From assembly GCA_050949315.1 (NCBI GenBank), contig JBMNFL010000001.1:832001-896000 (forward strand): 64,000 nucleotides of DNA, given 5' to 3'. Position numbers and translations under genes: made by a program. The DNA is from Bacilli bacterium (GTDB taxonomy: Bacteria > Bacillota_I > Bacilli_A > RFN20 > UBA1709). This document shows, piece by piece, positions 48,278 to 57,763 of this stretch. Below the pieces are notes generated by a model. That model was given only the letters and a program-made list of their open reading frames with translations. It was not told where the DNA came from and searched no databases. Every line of letters starts with the position of its first letter. Position 1 is the first letter of the stretch.

Positions 48278-49001
48278 AAAAACGCACTTCTGGAATTGGG
48301 ACAGTGATGAGGATACAGGCGTCCGCACCTTGTACCTCGACGGCACCATTGCGGACGAAAGCTGGTGGGATGATGAAATTACGCCTCGAATGTTCAAGGA
48401 CGAGCTGATGTCCGGCGACAGCGATATTGTCGTGTGGATTAATTCACCCGGCGGCGACTGTGTAGCAGCAAGTCAAATCTACACTATGCTCATGGATTAC
48501 CCGCATGACGTGACCATCAAGATTGACGGCATCGCTGCTTCGGCGGCATCAGTCATCGCAATGGCGGGTACGCAGGTGCTCATGGCACCTACGGCGCTTA
48601 TGATGATTCACAATCCACTCACAGTAGCAATCGGTGATACCGAGGAAATGCAAAAAGCCATTGCCATGCTGGACGAAGTCAAGGAGTCCATTATCAACGC
48701 CTATGAAATCAAGACCGGTCAGTCCCGAGCAAAAATTTCTCATCTCATGGACGGCGAAACCTATATGAACGCAAACAAGGCAGTGGAGCTTGGCTTTGCG
48801 GACGGCATCTTGGAAGACGCCAAGCGCGACCATAGCGACGATGTGGTCTTTGCTTTCAGCCGCAGAGCAGTTACCAACGCACTATTCAACAAGCTCATCA
48901 CGAAATCAGCTCCGAAGGCGGAGCAAAAGAAGCCGGATGCGCCGACTGGCGTTTCCATCACCGAGGCTATGCAGAAACTGCAAGCCCGTAAATACATTTA
49001 A
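48240..49001 (+). CDS. ClpP-like head maturation protease
   Basis: WINSPGGD, IDGIAASAASVIAMAG, MMIHNP, AVELGFAD. Confidence 0.93.
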   Translation: MDKTKRSPAKAREKTHFWNWDSDEDTGVRTLYLDGTIADESWWDDEITPRMFKDELMSGDSDIVVWINSPGGDCVAASQIYTMLMDYPHDVTIKIDGIAASAASVIAMAGTQVLMAPTALMMIHNPLTVAIGDTEEMQKAIAMLDEVKESIINAYEIKTGQSRAKISHLMDGETYMNANKAVELGFADGILEDAKRDHSDDVVFAFSRRAVTNALFNKLITKSAPKAEQKKPDAPTGVSITEAMQKLQARKYI

Positions 49002-49016
49002 CGGAGGTATTTGATT

Positions 49017-50198
49017 ATGAAAAAGGTACTCGAACTGCGTGAAAAACGCGCAAAGGCGTGGGACGCTGCAAAGGCGTTCCTCGACACTCGCGCCAAGGAC
49101 GGCGTCCTGTCTGCAGAAGACAATGCTACCTATGACAAAATGCTCACGGACGTTGACGCAATGGCTCGTCAGATTGCCATTGAGGAAGACCGCGTGGCAA
49201 GGGATGCCGCAATGGCGCAGCCGACCAGTTCACCCATCACCGAAAAGCCTGTGGCACAGAACGGCAAGCCTCTCATTCCCAGAGCGACCGCCGAATACCG
49301 TGAGGATTTCTATAATCTCATTCGCGGCAAGCGCCCTGTCCACAATGTCATGGAGGAAGGCACTTCTTCCACCGGTGGTTATCTTGTTCCGCTGGAATTC
49401 GACAACACTCTCGTTAAGGCACTTGCCCGCGAGAACGTAATCCGTTCTCTGGCAAAGGTCATCACAACTGCCGCACCTCACAGAATTAATGTGGCGCTTA
49501 CTGATGTTTCTGCCGATTGGGTAGCTGAGTCCGGCGTGTTTACGCCCTCCACTCCTACCTTCAACCAGCTCTCTCTCGATGCATTCACGCTTCGTGCGGC
49601 AGCACTGGTCTCCGAGGAACTGCTTGAGGACTCCATGTTCGACCTTCAGGCCTACCTCATCGACAACTTTGCCCGCGCTTTTGCGGCGAAAGAGGAACAG
49701 GCTTTCTGCATCGGCACCGGCAGCGGTCAACCTACCGGCATCTTCACCGCAAACGGCGGCGATCTCGGCGTGACTACCGCTACTGCCGGAGACATTAAGG
49801 CGGACGAGCTTATCGACCTGACCTACGCGCTCAAGGACGGCTATAAGAAAAATGCCGTGTTTGTGCTTGGCAGTGGCACTCTCGCAAGCGTCCGCAAGCT
49901 CAAGGACGGTAACGGTGCATATATGTGGCAACCCTCTCTGCAGGCTGGTCAGCCTGACCGTCTGCTCGGTTTCCCTGTATATGTATCTCAGTATGCTCCG
50001 ACCATCGCGGCAAGTGCCTACACAGTCGCTTTCGGCGATTTCCAGAACTACTGGATTGCGGACCGTACAGGCAGAACTGTTCGCCGTGCAGACGAGCTCC
50101 ACATCGCCAACCTTCAGACCGGCTTCTACGCTTTCCAGCGTGTTGACGCTAAGACCGTACTGCCGGAAGGCATCAAGCTGCTTAAGCAGCACGCTTAA
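49017..50198 (+). CDS. HK97-fold major capsid protein
   Basis: GGYLVP.EF, VSEELLEDS, G.GSGQP.GI, KLKDGNG.Y.WQP, FGDF. Confidence 0.95.
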   Translation: MKKVLELREKRAKAWDAAKAFLDTRAKDGVLSAEDNATYDKMLTDVDAMARQIAIEEDRVARDAAMAQPTSSPITEKPVAQNGKPLIPRATAEYREDFYNLIRGKRPVHNVMEEGTSSTGGYLVPLEFDNTLVKALARENVIRSLAKVITTAAPHRINVALTDVSADWVAESGVFTPSTPTFNQLSLDAFTLRAAALVSEELLEDSMFDLQAYLIDNFARAFAAKEEQAFCIGTGSGQPTGIFTANGGDLGVTTATAGDIKADELIDLTYALKDGYKKNAVFVLGSGTLASVRKLKDGNGAYMWQPSLQAGQPDRLLGFPVYVSQYAPTIAASAYTVAFGDFQNYWIADRTGRTVRRADELHIANLQTGFYAFQRVDAKTVLPEGIKLLKQHA

Positions 50199-50211
50199 GG
50201 AGGGTTAATTC

Positions 50212-50838
50212 ATGAGCGAATATAACGCAAAAAACTACACCGAGCAGGGCGGTGAGAAAACCGTCATCGGTGGAACGCTGGAAATCAAGGAGGGAGCCTC
50301 GGTAACGGGGCTTCCTTCCGCTCCGAATCAAGCCGCAAGCACAGCATCGAATGTCGCCGGACTCAAGGATGATTTCAATGCACTGCTTCTGAAACTTAAA
50401 GATTCGGGCTTGATGAAGCCGGACACGTGGAATGTATCCGTATCGAATGTTGCCACTTCTCTCAGTGAAGATATGGCAGCCAATCAAGGCAAGGTCGAAT
50501 CCATCACAATTGAGGACAATTTCATTACAGTCACTGTTCCGGTTGACGAACTGGTTCCTTATGAAAGTTCAAATCCGGCGCAAGGAACTCACAAATGGGT
50601 CGCTATCCTCATCACCACAGGAATCCCCGCAATCACGGCAGTCAAGTACAACGGCAGTCAGCTGACATCAGCCGATGCTGCGGAAGCAGCTGCTGTCGGC
50701 GGGCAGGCTGGAGATATCGTTATGTGGCTCAAATGCGATGAAATCGTAAACACACCGAAGTCGTTCACTCTCTGGTCATCCGGTTACCCCGCTGCTGAAT
50801 TCACTGTTGTCATCGCAGAGCCGGAAACCGAAGAATAA
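50212..50838 (+). CDS. head fibre/decoration protein
   Basis: YNAKNYTEQGGEKTVIGG.LEI...LKDDFNALL.KLK..GLM, followed by a beta domain. Confidence 0.7.
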   Translation: MSEYNAKNYTEQGGEKTVIGGTLEIKEGASVTGLPSAPNQAASTASNVAGLKDDFNALLLKLKDSGLMKPDTWNVSVSNVATSLSEDMAANQGKVESITIEDNFITVTVPVDELVPYESSNPAQGTHKWVAILITTGIPAITAVKYNGSQLTSADAAEAAAVGGQAGDIVMWLKCDEIVNTPKSFTLWSSGYPAAEFTVVIAEPETEE

Positions 50839-50856
50839 GGAAAGGACGCTGGCGGT

Positions 50857-51165
50857 ATGACGCTTCTTGAAAAAGTAAAGGCAAACCTGATTCTCGAACA
50901 TACGGCAGATGACGAACTATTGCAGATGTATATTACCGCCGCCGTAGCCTATGCCGAGAGCTATCAGCATCTTCCGGAAATTTACTACAAAGACCATCCG
51001 ATGCCCCCAACCACAGAGCAGGCCGTCATCATGCTGTCGTCCCACTTCTATGAGTCAAGAGACGGCAGCACAGGCGGCTTTTTCGCCGACAATGTTCAGG
51101 CGGGACAGCAGGTGTGGAATACGGTCAATCTGCTTCTGAAACTCGACAGAAACTGGAAGGTGTAA
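50857..51165 (+). CDS. head-tail connector (gp6-like)
   Basis: LEKVKANL...H..DD.LL..YI.AA..YAE. Confidence 0.88.
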   Translation: MTLLEKVKANLILEHTADDELLQMYITAAVAYAESYQHLPEIYYKDHPMPPTTEQAVIMLSSHFYESRDGSTGGFFADNVQAGQQVWNTVNLLLKLDRNWKV

Positions 51166-51167
51166 TC

Positions 51168-51494
51168 ATGAGCTTCGGAAAAATTAATACATTTATTGAA
51201 ATTATCTCAACCGAGCCTGCAAAGGACGCGGACGGTTTCACAAGTCACTCGGATACAGTGGTAGCATCGGTCAGGGCATATTTTGAGCAGAAAAACTCCA
51301 CCGAACGATGGCGGAGCATGGCGCAGTCTAATGAGGTGAACGCACTGTTCCGCCTTCGCTTTATACCGGGAGTCGAACTGAACAACCGCCACATCATTGT
51401 CTGTGAAGGAAAGCGTTATAACATTTATTCGGTCGAAAATGTCAGAGGCCGTGATATGTATCTTGAGGTGTTGGCGGTGTGTGAAGATGGCTAA
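51168..51494 (+). CDS. head closure / head-tail adaptor
   Basis: GK....I.I....D.DGF, FRLR, GKRYNI.SVENV. Confidence 0.82.
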   Translation: MSFGKINTFIEIISTEPAKDADGFTSHSDTVVASVRAYFEQKNSTERWRSMAQSNEVNALFRLRFIPGVELNNRHIIVCEGKRYNIYSVENVRGRDMYLEVLAVCEDG

Positions 51495-51918
51495 AGCGAC
51501 TTTTCAAATGCCGGAGGAGTTTTTGCTTAAGATTGCAAAGCTTCAGGAGAAAACCGACGAGATTGTTCCCAAAGTTCTGGCTGCCGGTGCCGAAGCGGTC
51601 GAAAAGAATGTCCGCTCGAACCTGGCATCGGTAATCGGTAAGAATACGAAGGTTGAAAGCCGTTCAACCGGAGACCTCTTGTCCTCTCTCGGAACTTCAC
51701 CGGCAAAACAGGACAGAAACGGAAACCTCGATGTTAAAATCGGTTTCAAAGAGCCCCGCTCAGACGGTGAAAGCAATGCGAAAATCGCAAACATCCTCGA
51801 ATACGGAAAACACGGCCAGCCGCCGAAACCCTTTCTGAAACCGGCAAAGACGAAATCCAAGGATGCCTGCATTCGCGCGATGGAAGAAAAACTGGAGGAG
51901 GAGATTTCAAAGATATGA
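51487..51918 (+). CDS. HK97 gp10-family tail completion protein
   Basis: STG.L..S, LEYGK.GQPPKPFLKPA. Confidence 0.85.
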   Translation: MAKATFQMPEEFLLKIAKLQEKTDEIVPKVLAAGAEAVEKNVRSNLASVIGKNTKVESRSTGDLLSSLGTSPAKQDRNGNLDVKIGFKEPRSDGESNAKIANILEYGKHGQPPKPFLKPAKTKSKDACIRAMEEKLEEEISKI

Positions 51919-52259
51919 GCTTGCTTGCGGAACTGAATACGATTATATATTCACTTGGAATACCGGTCGAAACGGGTATCTTTTCGGAAACACCGCCCGA
52001 CAGATATGCGGTTCTGACACCGCTTTCGGATTCCTATGAACTCTTCTCGGATAATGCTCCGGGTCAGGATATCGAGGAAGTCCGCGTATCCTTGTTTGAT
52101 AAAGGCAACTACCTGGCAGTAAAGAAACGCATTGAATCCGCAATTCTCGCAGCCGGAATCACCATAACCGACCGCCGGTATATCGGACATGAAGACGATA
52201 CCGGCTATCATCACTACGCCATTGATGTGGCGAAAAATTATGAAATACAGGAGGAATAA
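51915..52259 (+). CDS. tail terminator-like protein
   Basis: Position before the major tail protein; RRYIGHEDDTGYHHYAIDV. Confidence 0.7.
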   Translation: MSLLAELNTIIYSLGIPVETGIFSETPPDRYAVLTPLSDSYELFSDNAPGQDIEEVRVSLFDKGNYLAVKKRIESAILAAGITITDRRYIGHEDDTGYHHYAIDVAKNYEIQEE

Positions 52260-52264
52260 AACGA

Positions 52265-53128
52265 ATGGCTACAATAGGACTTGACAGTCTTTATTATTCC
52301 AAAATCACCGAATCCGCTTCGGGCGACGAGATATACGGAACGCCCGTTAAACTTGCCAAAGCAATCGAGGCGGAGGTATCCATCGAACTCAATGAAGCGA
52401 TTCTGTATGCAGATGACGGGACAGATACCGTAATCAAGGAGTTTAAAAGCGGTACGATCACCCTCGGCATCAACGAAATCGGTCCCCAGGCGGCAAGGGA
52501 TCTGACGGGGGCAGCTGTGGATGCAAACGGTGTGATTGTTTCTGCCGGAGAGGATGAACCTACACCGGTAGCAATCGGATTCCGGGCGAAAACCGCCAAG
52601 GGCAAGTACAGATACTTTTGGCTTTACAGAGTTCTGTTCGGCATCCCCGGAACATCGCTCAAAACCAAGGGAGACAGCATTGAGTTCCAGACACCCTCCA
52701 TCGAAGGAACAATATCGAGAAGGAATAAACTCGATGCCCAGAACAAGCATCCGTGGAAAGCGGAGATTACTGACGGTGAGGAAGGTGTATCGCCGAACGT
52801 CATATCCAACTGGTTCCAAAGTGTATATGAGCCTAACTACACTACGGCCGATGCAACACTTGCGTCCCTTACCCTCGGCTCGCTTACGCTCTCTCCGACT
52901 TTCAGTTCCGTAACAACTGAGTATACCGCATCCACCGAAAATGCCACAAATACCATTACGGCGGTCGCCACATCCAATAATGCCGCTGTCGCAATCACGG
53001 TCAACGGAAATTCCATCGCAAGCGGTCAGTCAGCGACATGGGTCACCGGCACCAATACCGTGGTGATTACCGTTACCAACGGAAATGCCACGAAAACATA
53101 CACCGTGACAGTAACGAAGGGAGAATAA
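52265..53128 (+). CDS. phi13-family major tail protein with C-terminal cadherin/Ig-like domain
   Basis: MATIGLD.L.Y, LYADDG, VAIGFRA; then ATLASL...L.P.F....EY...KTYTVTVTK. Confidence 0.9.
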   Translation: MATIGLDSLYYSKITESASGDEIYGTPVKLAKAIEAEVSIELNEAILYADDGTDTVIKEFKSGTITLGINEIGPQAARDLTGAAVDANGVIVSAGEDEPTPVAIGFRAKTAKGKYRYFWLYRVLFGIPGTSLKTKGDSIEFQTPSIEGTISRRNKLDAQNKHPWKAEITDGEEGVSPNVISNWFQSVYEPNYTTADATLASLTLGSLTLSPTFSSVTTEYTASTENATNTITAVATSNNAAVAITVNGNSIASGQSATWVTGTNTVVITVTNGNATKTYTVTVTKGE

Positions 53129-53131
53129 ACA

Positions 53132-53503
53132 ATGACAGATGAAAGATGCTCAAAAATAGCAATCGGCGGTAAGGAGTATGAACTGCTCCTTACCACAAGG
53201 GCGACAAAGGAAATCGGCAAGAAATACGGCGGTCTTTCAGACCTTGGAGACAAACTACTCAAGGCTGAAAATTTTGAGACCGCCATTGATGAACTCATCT
53301 GGCTTATCACGCTGCTCGCCAATCAGCCGATTCTGATTCACAACGCAAAGAATCCGCAGGACAAAAAAGATCTGCTCGAACCGGAAACGGTGGAGCTTTT
53401 CACCACACCCTATGAGATAGCCGGATTCAAGGAAGCAATCATGGACTGCCTGATTAAAGGAACAAAACGAGAAGTTCAGAGCGAAGAATCAAAAAACGGA
53501 TAA
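53132..53503 (+). CDS. tail assembly chaperone (gpG-like)
   Basis: Between the major tail protein and tape measure; ends at the slippery site A AAA AAC. Confidence 0.8.
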   Translation: MTDERCSKIAIGGKEYELLLTTRATKEIGKKYGGLSDLGDKLLKAENFETAIDELIWLITLLANQPILIHNAKNPQDKKDLLEPETVELFTTPYEIAGFKEAIMDCLIKGTKREVQSEESKNG

Positions 53504-53706
53504 ACGGGCCGGATGCCTCTGACGGAGAGATATTCGCCCGTTTAATCTTTTACGGAGTCACGCTTCTGAACCGCCGTGAGGAGGAAGTGTGGCTGATGCC
53601 CATCGGTCATCTGCTTGACCAGTGGGAGGTGTATAAGCAGTGGAGCGGACTGGCAAAACCCAGACGGGAGCACTTTATCGAAGAGGCAATCCCGTACGGA
53701 ATATAA
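53491..53706 (+). other. programmed -1 frameshift site and gpT-like extension
   Basis: AAAAAAC at 53491-53497; stem TAAACGGGC/GCCCGTTTA (53501-53544); -1 frame open to TAA 53706 (RINGPDASDGEIFARLIFYG...EVWLMPIGHLLDQW). Confidence 0.8.
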
Positions 53707-53724
53707 ACGAAGGAGGTGACGTGA

Positions 53725-56307
53725 ATGGCAGACAATTTTGGCCTGCGGATAGGCATCGAAGGTGAAAAGGATTTCAAGAAAGCAATCGCGGATATCAATT
53801 CGCAGATGAAAGTGCTCGGATCCGAGATGAAACTTGTGGAGTCGCAGTTCTCATCCCAGGATAAGTCGGTTGAAGCTTTGACCGCAAGGAACGATGTCTT
53901 AAATAAAAACATCGATACCCAAAAATCTAAGATTGAAACATTGCGTTCCGCACTTGAAAACGCGTCATCCTCCTTCGGCGAAAATGACCGCCGCACACAG
54001 GCATGGGCGGTTCGGCTGAACAACGCACAGGCAGAACTCAATAAAATGGAGCGTGAACTGGAAGATAACAGTTCCGCTCTCAAGGATACCGGCAAAGGCA
54101 TGGATGACATGGGAGATGCCGCCGATGAGATGGGCGACGATGTCAAAGAAGCAGGCGATGATGCCGACGAAGCGTCATCCCGCTTTGAAGGTCTCGGCGG
54201 TGTATGTAAAGCGGTAGCCGGAACACTTGCCCTAGCTTTTGCCGCAGTATCCGCAGCAGCCATATCCGCCGGAAAAGCACTCATAGATATGTCGACCGAA
54301 GGCGCTGTGTATGCCGACACGGTAATGACCGAATCGACCGTCACCGGTATTGCGACAGACAAGCTGCAGGAATATATGTATGCGGCTGAACTTGTGGATG
54401 TTTCGACAGAGACTCTTACAAAGTCTATGGCAAAGCAGATTAAAAGCATGAAGGCTATCCAGGACGGCACGAAGCTTTCCGTGGACGCCTATGAAAAGCT
54501 TGGTGTACAGGTATTGAACGCTGACGGAAGTCTTCGGGATTCGGATGCGGTGTATTGGGAAGTCATCGACGCACTCGGAAAAATGCAGAACGAGACCGAA
54601 CGCGATGCGCTTGCCATGCAGATCCTCGGCAAATCCGCCCAGGAACTGAATCCGCTTATTACGGTTGGCGCGGAGAGGATGGCAGAACTCGGTGAGGAAG
54701 CAAGAAAAGCCGGATATGTGGTTTCTGATGAAATGCTGAATGCATACGGGAAGCTTGACGACCAGATTCAGTATCTGACTGTCGGAACAACCGCAGCAAA
54801 GAACGCACTCGGCACCGTGCTGCTTCCCGTGCTTACTGACCTTGCCGGTTCGGGAGTTGACCTTCTCGGAGAGTTTACCAACGGCATACTGAATGCCAAC
54901 GGCGATATATCGCAAATGGGCAAGGTAATCGGGGACATTCTGCCGAAGGCAATCGATGTCATTATGGAGTATGTTCCGGTAATTCTTGACCTTATAATGT
55001 CGCTCGTCACATCCATCGGAAAAGCAATCGTGGATAATCTGCCGATGATTGTTTCATCGGCGACGCAGATAATCCTTTCCATCCTTGAAGGGCTTGTTTC
55101 AGCTTTACCTCGAATAGCTGAAGGAGCCCTTATGCTTGTTTCGGAACTCGCAATGGGGATTATAAACAATCTTCCTATGATACTTGAAACCGCTATGCAG
55201 GTAATCGTAACCCTTGCATCAGGAATTTCGGACTCGCTGCCGACGCTCATTCCCACAATCGTTGCTGTTATCATGCAGGTATGCCGGACACTCATAGATA
55301 ATTTGCCTCAGCTGCTCACGGCGGTACTTCAGATCATCATGGGGCTTGCTCAAGGCATACTTGATGCGATTCCGGTCATTATCAATGCGCTGCCGGCAAT
55401 CATTAACGGAGTCATAACATTTTTAATAAATGCCATTCCCCAGATAATCGAAACCGGCATCAAGCTGATTACATCTCTTGTGGCGGCGCTTCCGACCATT
55501 ATAGCCGCAATCGTAAACGCTCTGCCTCAGATTATTAACGGCATCATCAATGGTGTGCTCGGCGCGATTCCGCAGATAATCGAAGCGGGCATCAAACTGC
55601 TGGTATCTCTCATTCAGGCACTTCCGACCATAATTCTCACCATTGTAAACGCACTGCCGCAGATCATCACGAGCATCGTAAACGCAATCACTCAGAACAT
55701 TCCGATGATCGTTCAGGCAGGAATTACACTTTTGACTTCGCTCATAAAAAACCTTCCGACCATTATCAAAGAAATCGTGAAAGCGATGCCGCAGATTATT
55801 TCCGGTATTGTGTCCGCTCTCGGAAACGGTGTATCGCAGCTTGCCGATGTAGGAAAAAATCTCGTCAAAGGTTTATGGAACGGTATTCAGTCGCTTGCGT
55901 CATGGATCTGGGACAAAGTTTCCGGCTGGGCGAAGGATTTGTGGAACGGCATCTGCAGCTTTTTCGGAATAAAATCGCCGTCAAAGAAGTTCGCCGAACT
56001 CGGTATGTATATGTCCCAGGGGCTTGGTATCGGTTTTGTGGATGAAATGAAAAATGTTGACAAGGACATCCTGAAAGCGATTCCTTCAGACTTTGATATC
56101 AACACAAGAACCCATCTCAATAGTGTCGTCGATGACCGCTCTCTTGAGGCTGCGACTTATGCAAGGCAGACTTCTTTCAGAAACACATCCGGACAGGTTG
56201 TGGTGCAGGTTCCGCTGTACCTTGACGGCAAAGAAATCACGGCGGCAACCGGTTCAATACAAAGCGGGTTTACTTCCTCCTACCGCCGCGCATTGGGGGT
56301 GACCTGA
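53725..56307 (+). CDS. tail tape measure protein
   Basis: GLRIGIEGEK.FK N-terminus, amphipathic LPQII repeats, FFGIKSPS. Confidence 0.93.
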   Translation: MADNFGLRIGIEGEKDFKKAIADINSQMKVLGSEMKLVESQFSSQDKSVEALTARNDVLNKNIDTQKSKIETLRSALENASSSFGENDRRTQAWAVRLNNAQAELNKMERELEDNSSALKDTGKGMDDMGDAADEMGDDVKEAGDDADEASSRFEGLGGVCKAVAGTLALAFAAVSAAAISAGKALIDMSTEGAVYADTVMTESTVTGIATDKLQEYMYAAELVDVSTETLTKSMAKQIKSMKAIQDGTKLSVDAYEKLGVQVLNADGSLRDSDAVYWEVIDALGKMQNETERDALAMQILGKSAQELNPLITVGAERMAELGEEARKAGYVVSDEMLNAYGKLDDQIQYLTVGTTAAKNALGTVLLPVLTDLAGSGVDLLGEFTNGILNANGDISQMGKVIGDILPKAIDVIMEYVPVILDLIMSLVTSIGKAIVDNLPMIVSSATQIILSILEGLVSALPRIAEGALMLVSELAMGIINNLPMILETAMQVIVTLASGISDSLPTLIPTIVAVIMQVCRTLIDNLPQLLTAVLQIIMGLAQGILDAIPVIINALPAIINGVITFLINAIPQIIETGIKLITSLVAALPTIIAAIVNALPQIINGIINGVLGAIPQIIEAGIKLLVSLIQALPTIILTIVNALPQIITSIVNAITQNIPMIVQAGITLLTSLIKNLPTIIKEIVKAMPQIISGIVSALGNGVSQLADVGKNLVKGLWNGIQSLASWIWDKVSGWAKDLWNGICSFFGIKSPSKKFAELGMYMSQGLGIGFVDEMKNVDKDILKAIPSDFDINTRTHLNSVVDDRSLEAATYARQTSFRNTSGQVVVQVPLYLDGKEITAATGSIQSGFTSSYRRALGVT

Positions 56308-56308
56308 T

Positions 56309-57748
56309 ATGGACATTATAGTAAGAAGAACGGACAACACGATTGTTGCCACAGTATCAAGCGTATTTTCCTGCACCATTAAAGAAAAGCTGACCACGGA
56401 GAAAACGCTGTCTTTTCAGGCACTCCTTGACGGCGGACTTGAAAACATAAATGACACAGACGGATATATCGTCCAGTACGGAAACGATTTCTATGATGTA
56501 GTAAAAGTAAAAAAGGAACTCTCCGGCGGTCTTTACAAAATAACTGCAGAATGCGAACACGTATCCTACCGCCTTACCTCATACATTAAGTCGGCTTTTT
56601 CACAGACAGGCACTCCGCGTGAAATCCTCAATACCCTTGTCCGGCTTACCGGACTTACCGCCGGGGATGTAGAACCGATAGGTATGGTTACCTACACAAT
56701 GCCGGAAGATAAAACCAAGAGAGCCGCTGTCTTAGATTTCTGCTCGGTATTCGGCTGGGAACCGGAGTTTACAGGATACGAAGTGCATATCCGAAACCAC
56801 AGAGGCAGTACAGAGATAAAAGAACTCTTTGAGAAAAATGTGGTGTCTGTTTCAAAAACGGTAGATAAAACAGGCAGCCAAAGAAGCTATTCGGTCTCTG
56901 TATATAAGCCGTCAAATCTTCATCTCGGCGACGAGGTGCATATGAAATTCGACAGACTGGATATTGATGAGAACGTGCGTGTTGTCGGCATTACGAGAAA
57001 TCCGTTTACAAGTGACGAGGTGCAACTTGAGGTGGACGATTACACTCCCTCGGTGGAAAGAGACCTCGTAAATATCGAACAAAGTATGATTGCAAAGGGC
57101 CGAAACTATTACGGCCTTTCCATTACACCGGAGAGCGGTCTTGAAATTACCAGAGACGACAACAAGGCAAAGGTCGTAATGAACGCTGACGAGTTTGCCA
57201 TGAAAGCAGATGACGGGCAAGGAAACCTTATCAACCGGCTGTACTTCGACCCTGCCACAGGCGACTATAAGTTTGTAGGCACCGTCAAGATAGACGGCGG
57301 AGAAATCAATATCGGCGACAACTTCCGGGTGGACCAGCACGGAAATGCTTACCTCGCAGGTGATGCAACCATATACGGCGGAAGGTTTTATGCCGGACAG
57401 CCGGGGGATGCGGAAGGTTTCTCGCAGATGACCTCAGGCGGTTTTGAGGTGTACAACGCCGATTATGACGTCAAGCTGCGGTTCGGCTATACCACGGATG
57501 ATGAGGACTATCCCTTCATCCAGCTCGGCTCGGGTTCCGGAGCGTCAGCCGACTACGGTCTTGTAAAGAAATTCTCAGACGGTCTGTGGATCGGCAACTC
57601 CGAACCGGAAGACGAAAGCGGAGACTTCACCGCTAAGACCGGATACAACGGCATCTTCTTCCGATTTTCTGACAACACCGCATATATCGTAAACGGTACG
57701 ACAATGAAAAACATTTACACGGGTGCGGCAATCGCGAAGTTTGGGTAA
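56309..57748 (+). CDS. tail hub/spike (Tal, prophage-tail-endopeptidase-like) protein
   Basis: I.EKL..E..LSF, CEHVSY.L, LGDEV......LDI...VRVV; beta-rich C-terminus. Confidence 0.75.
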   Translation: MDIIVRRTDNTIVATVSSVFSCTIKEKLTTEKTLSFQALLDGGLENINDTDGYIVQYGNDFYDVVKVKKELSGGLYKITAECEHVSYRLTSYIKSAFSQTGTPREILNTLVRLTGLTAGDVEPIGMVTYTMPEDKTKRAAVLDFCSVFGWEPEFTGYEVHIRNHRGSTEIKELFEKNVVSVSKTVDKTGSQRSYSVSVYKPSNLHLGDEVHMKFDRLDIDENVRVVGITRNPFTSDEVQLEVDDYTPSVERDLVNIEQSMIAKGRNYYGLSITPESGLEITRDDNKAKVVMNADEFAMKADDGQGNLINRLYFDPATGDYKFVGTVKIDGGEINIGDNFRVDQHGNAYLAGDATIYGGRFYAGQPGDAEGFSQMTSGGFEVYNADYDVKLRFGYTTDDEDYPFIQLGSGSGASADYGLVKKFSDGLWIGNSEPEDESGDFTAKTGYNGIFFRFSDNTAYIVNGTTMKNIYTGAAIAKFG

Positions 57749-57763
57749 GGGAGGTGATGTCAG

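Noticed and set aside
55020-55820. Periodic repeats in the tape measure gene
   Set aside because: These are the normal amphipathic repeats of tape measure proteins.
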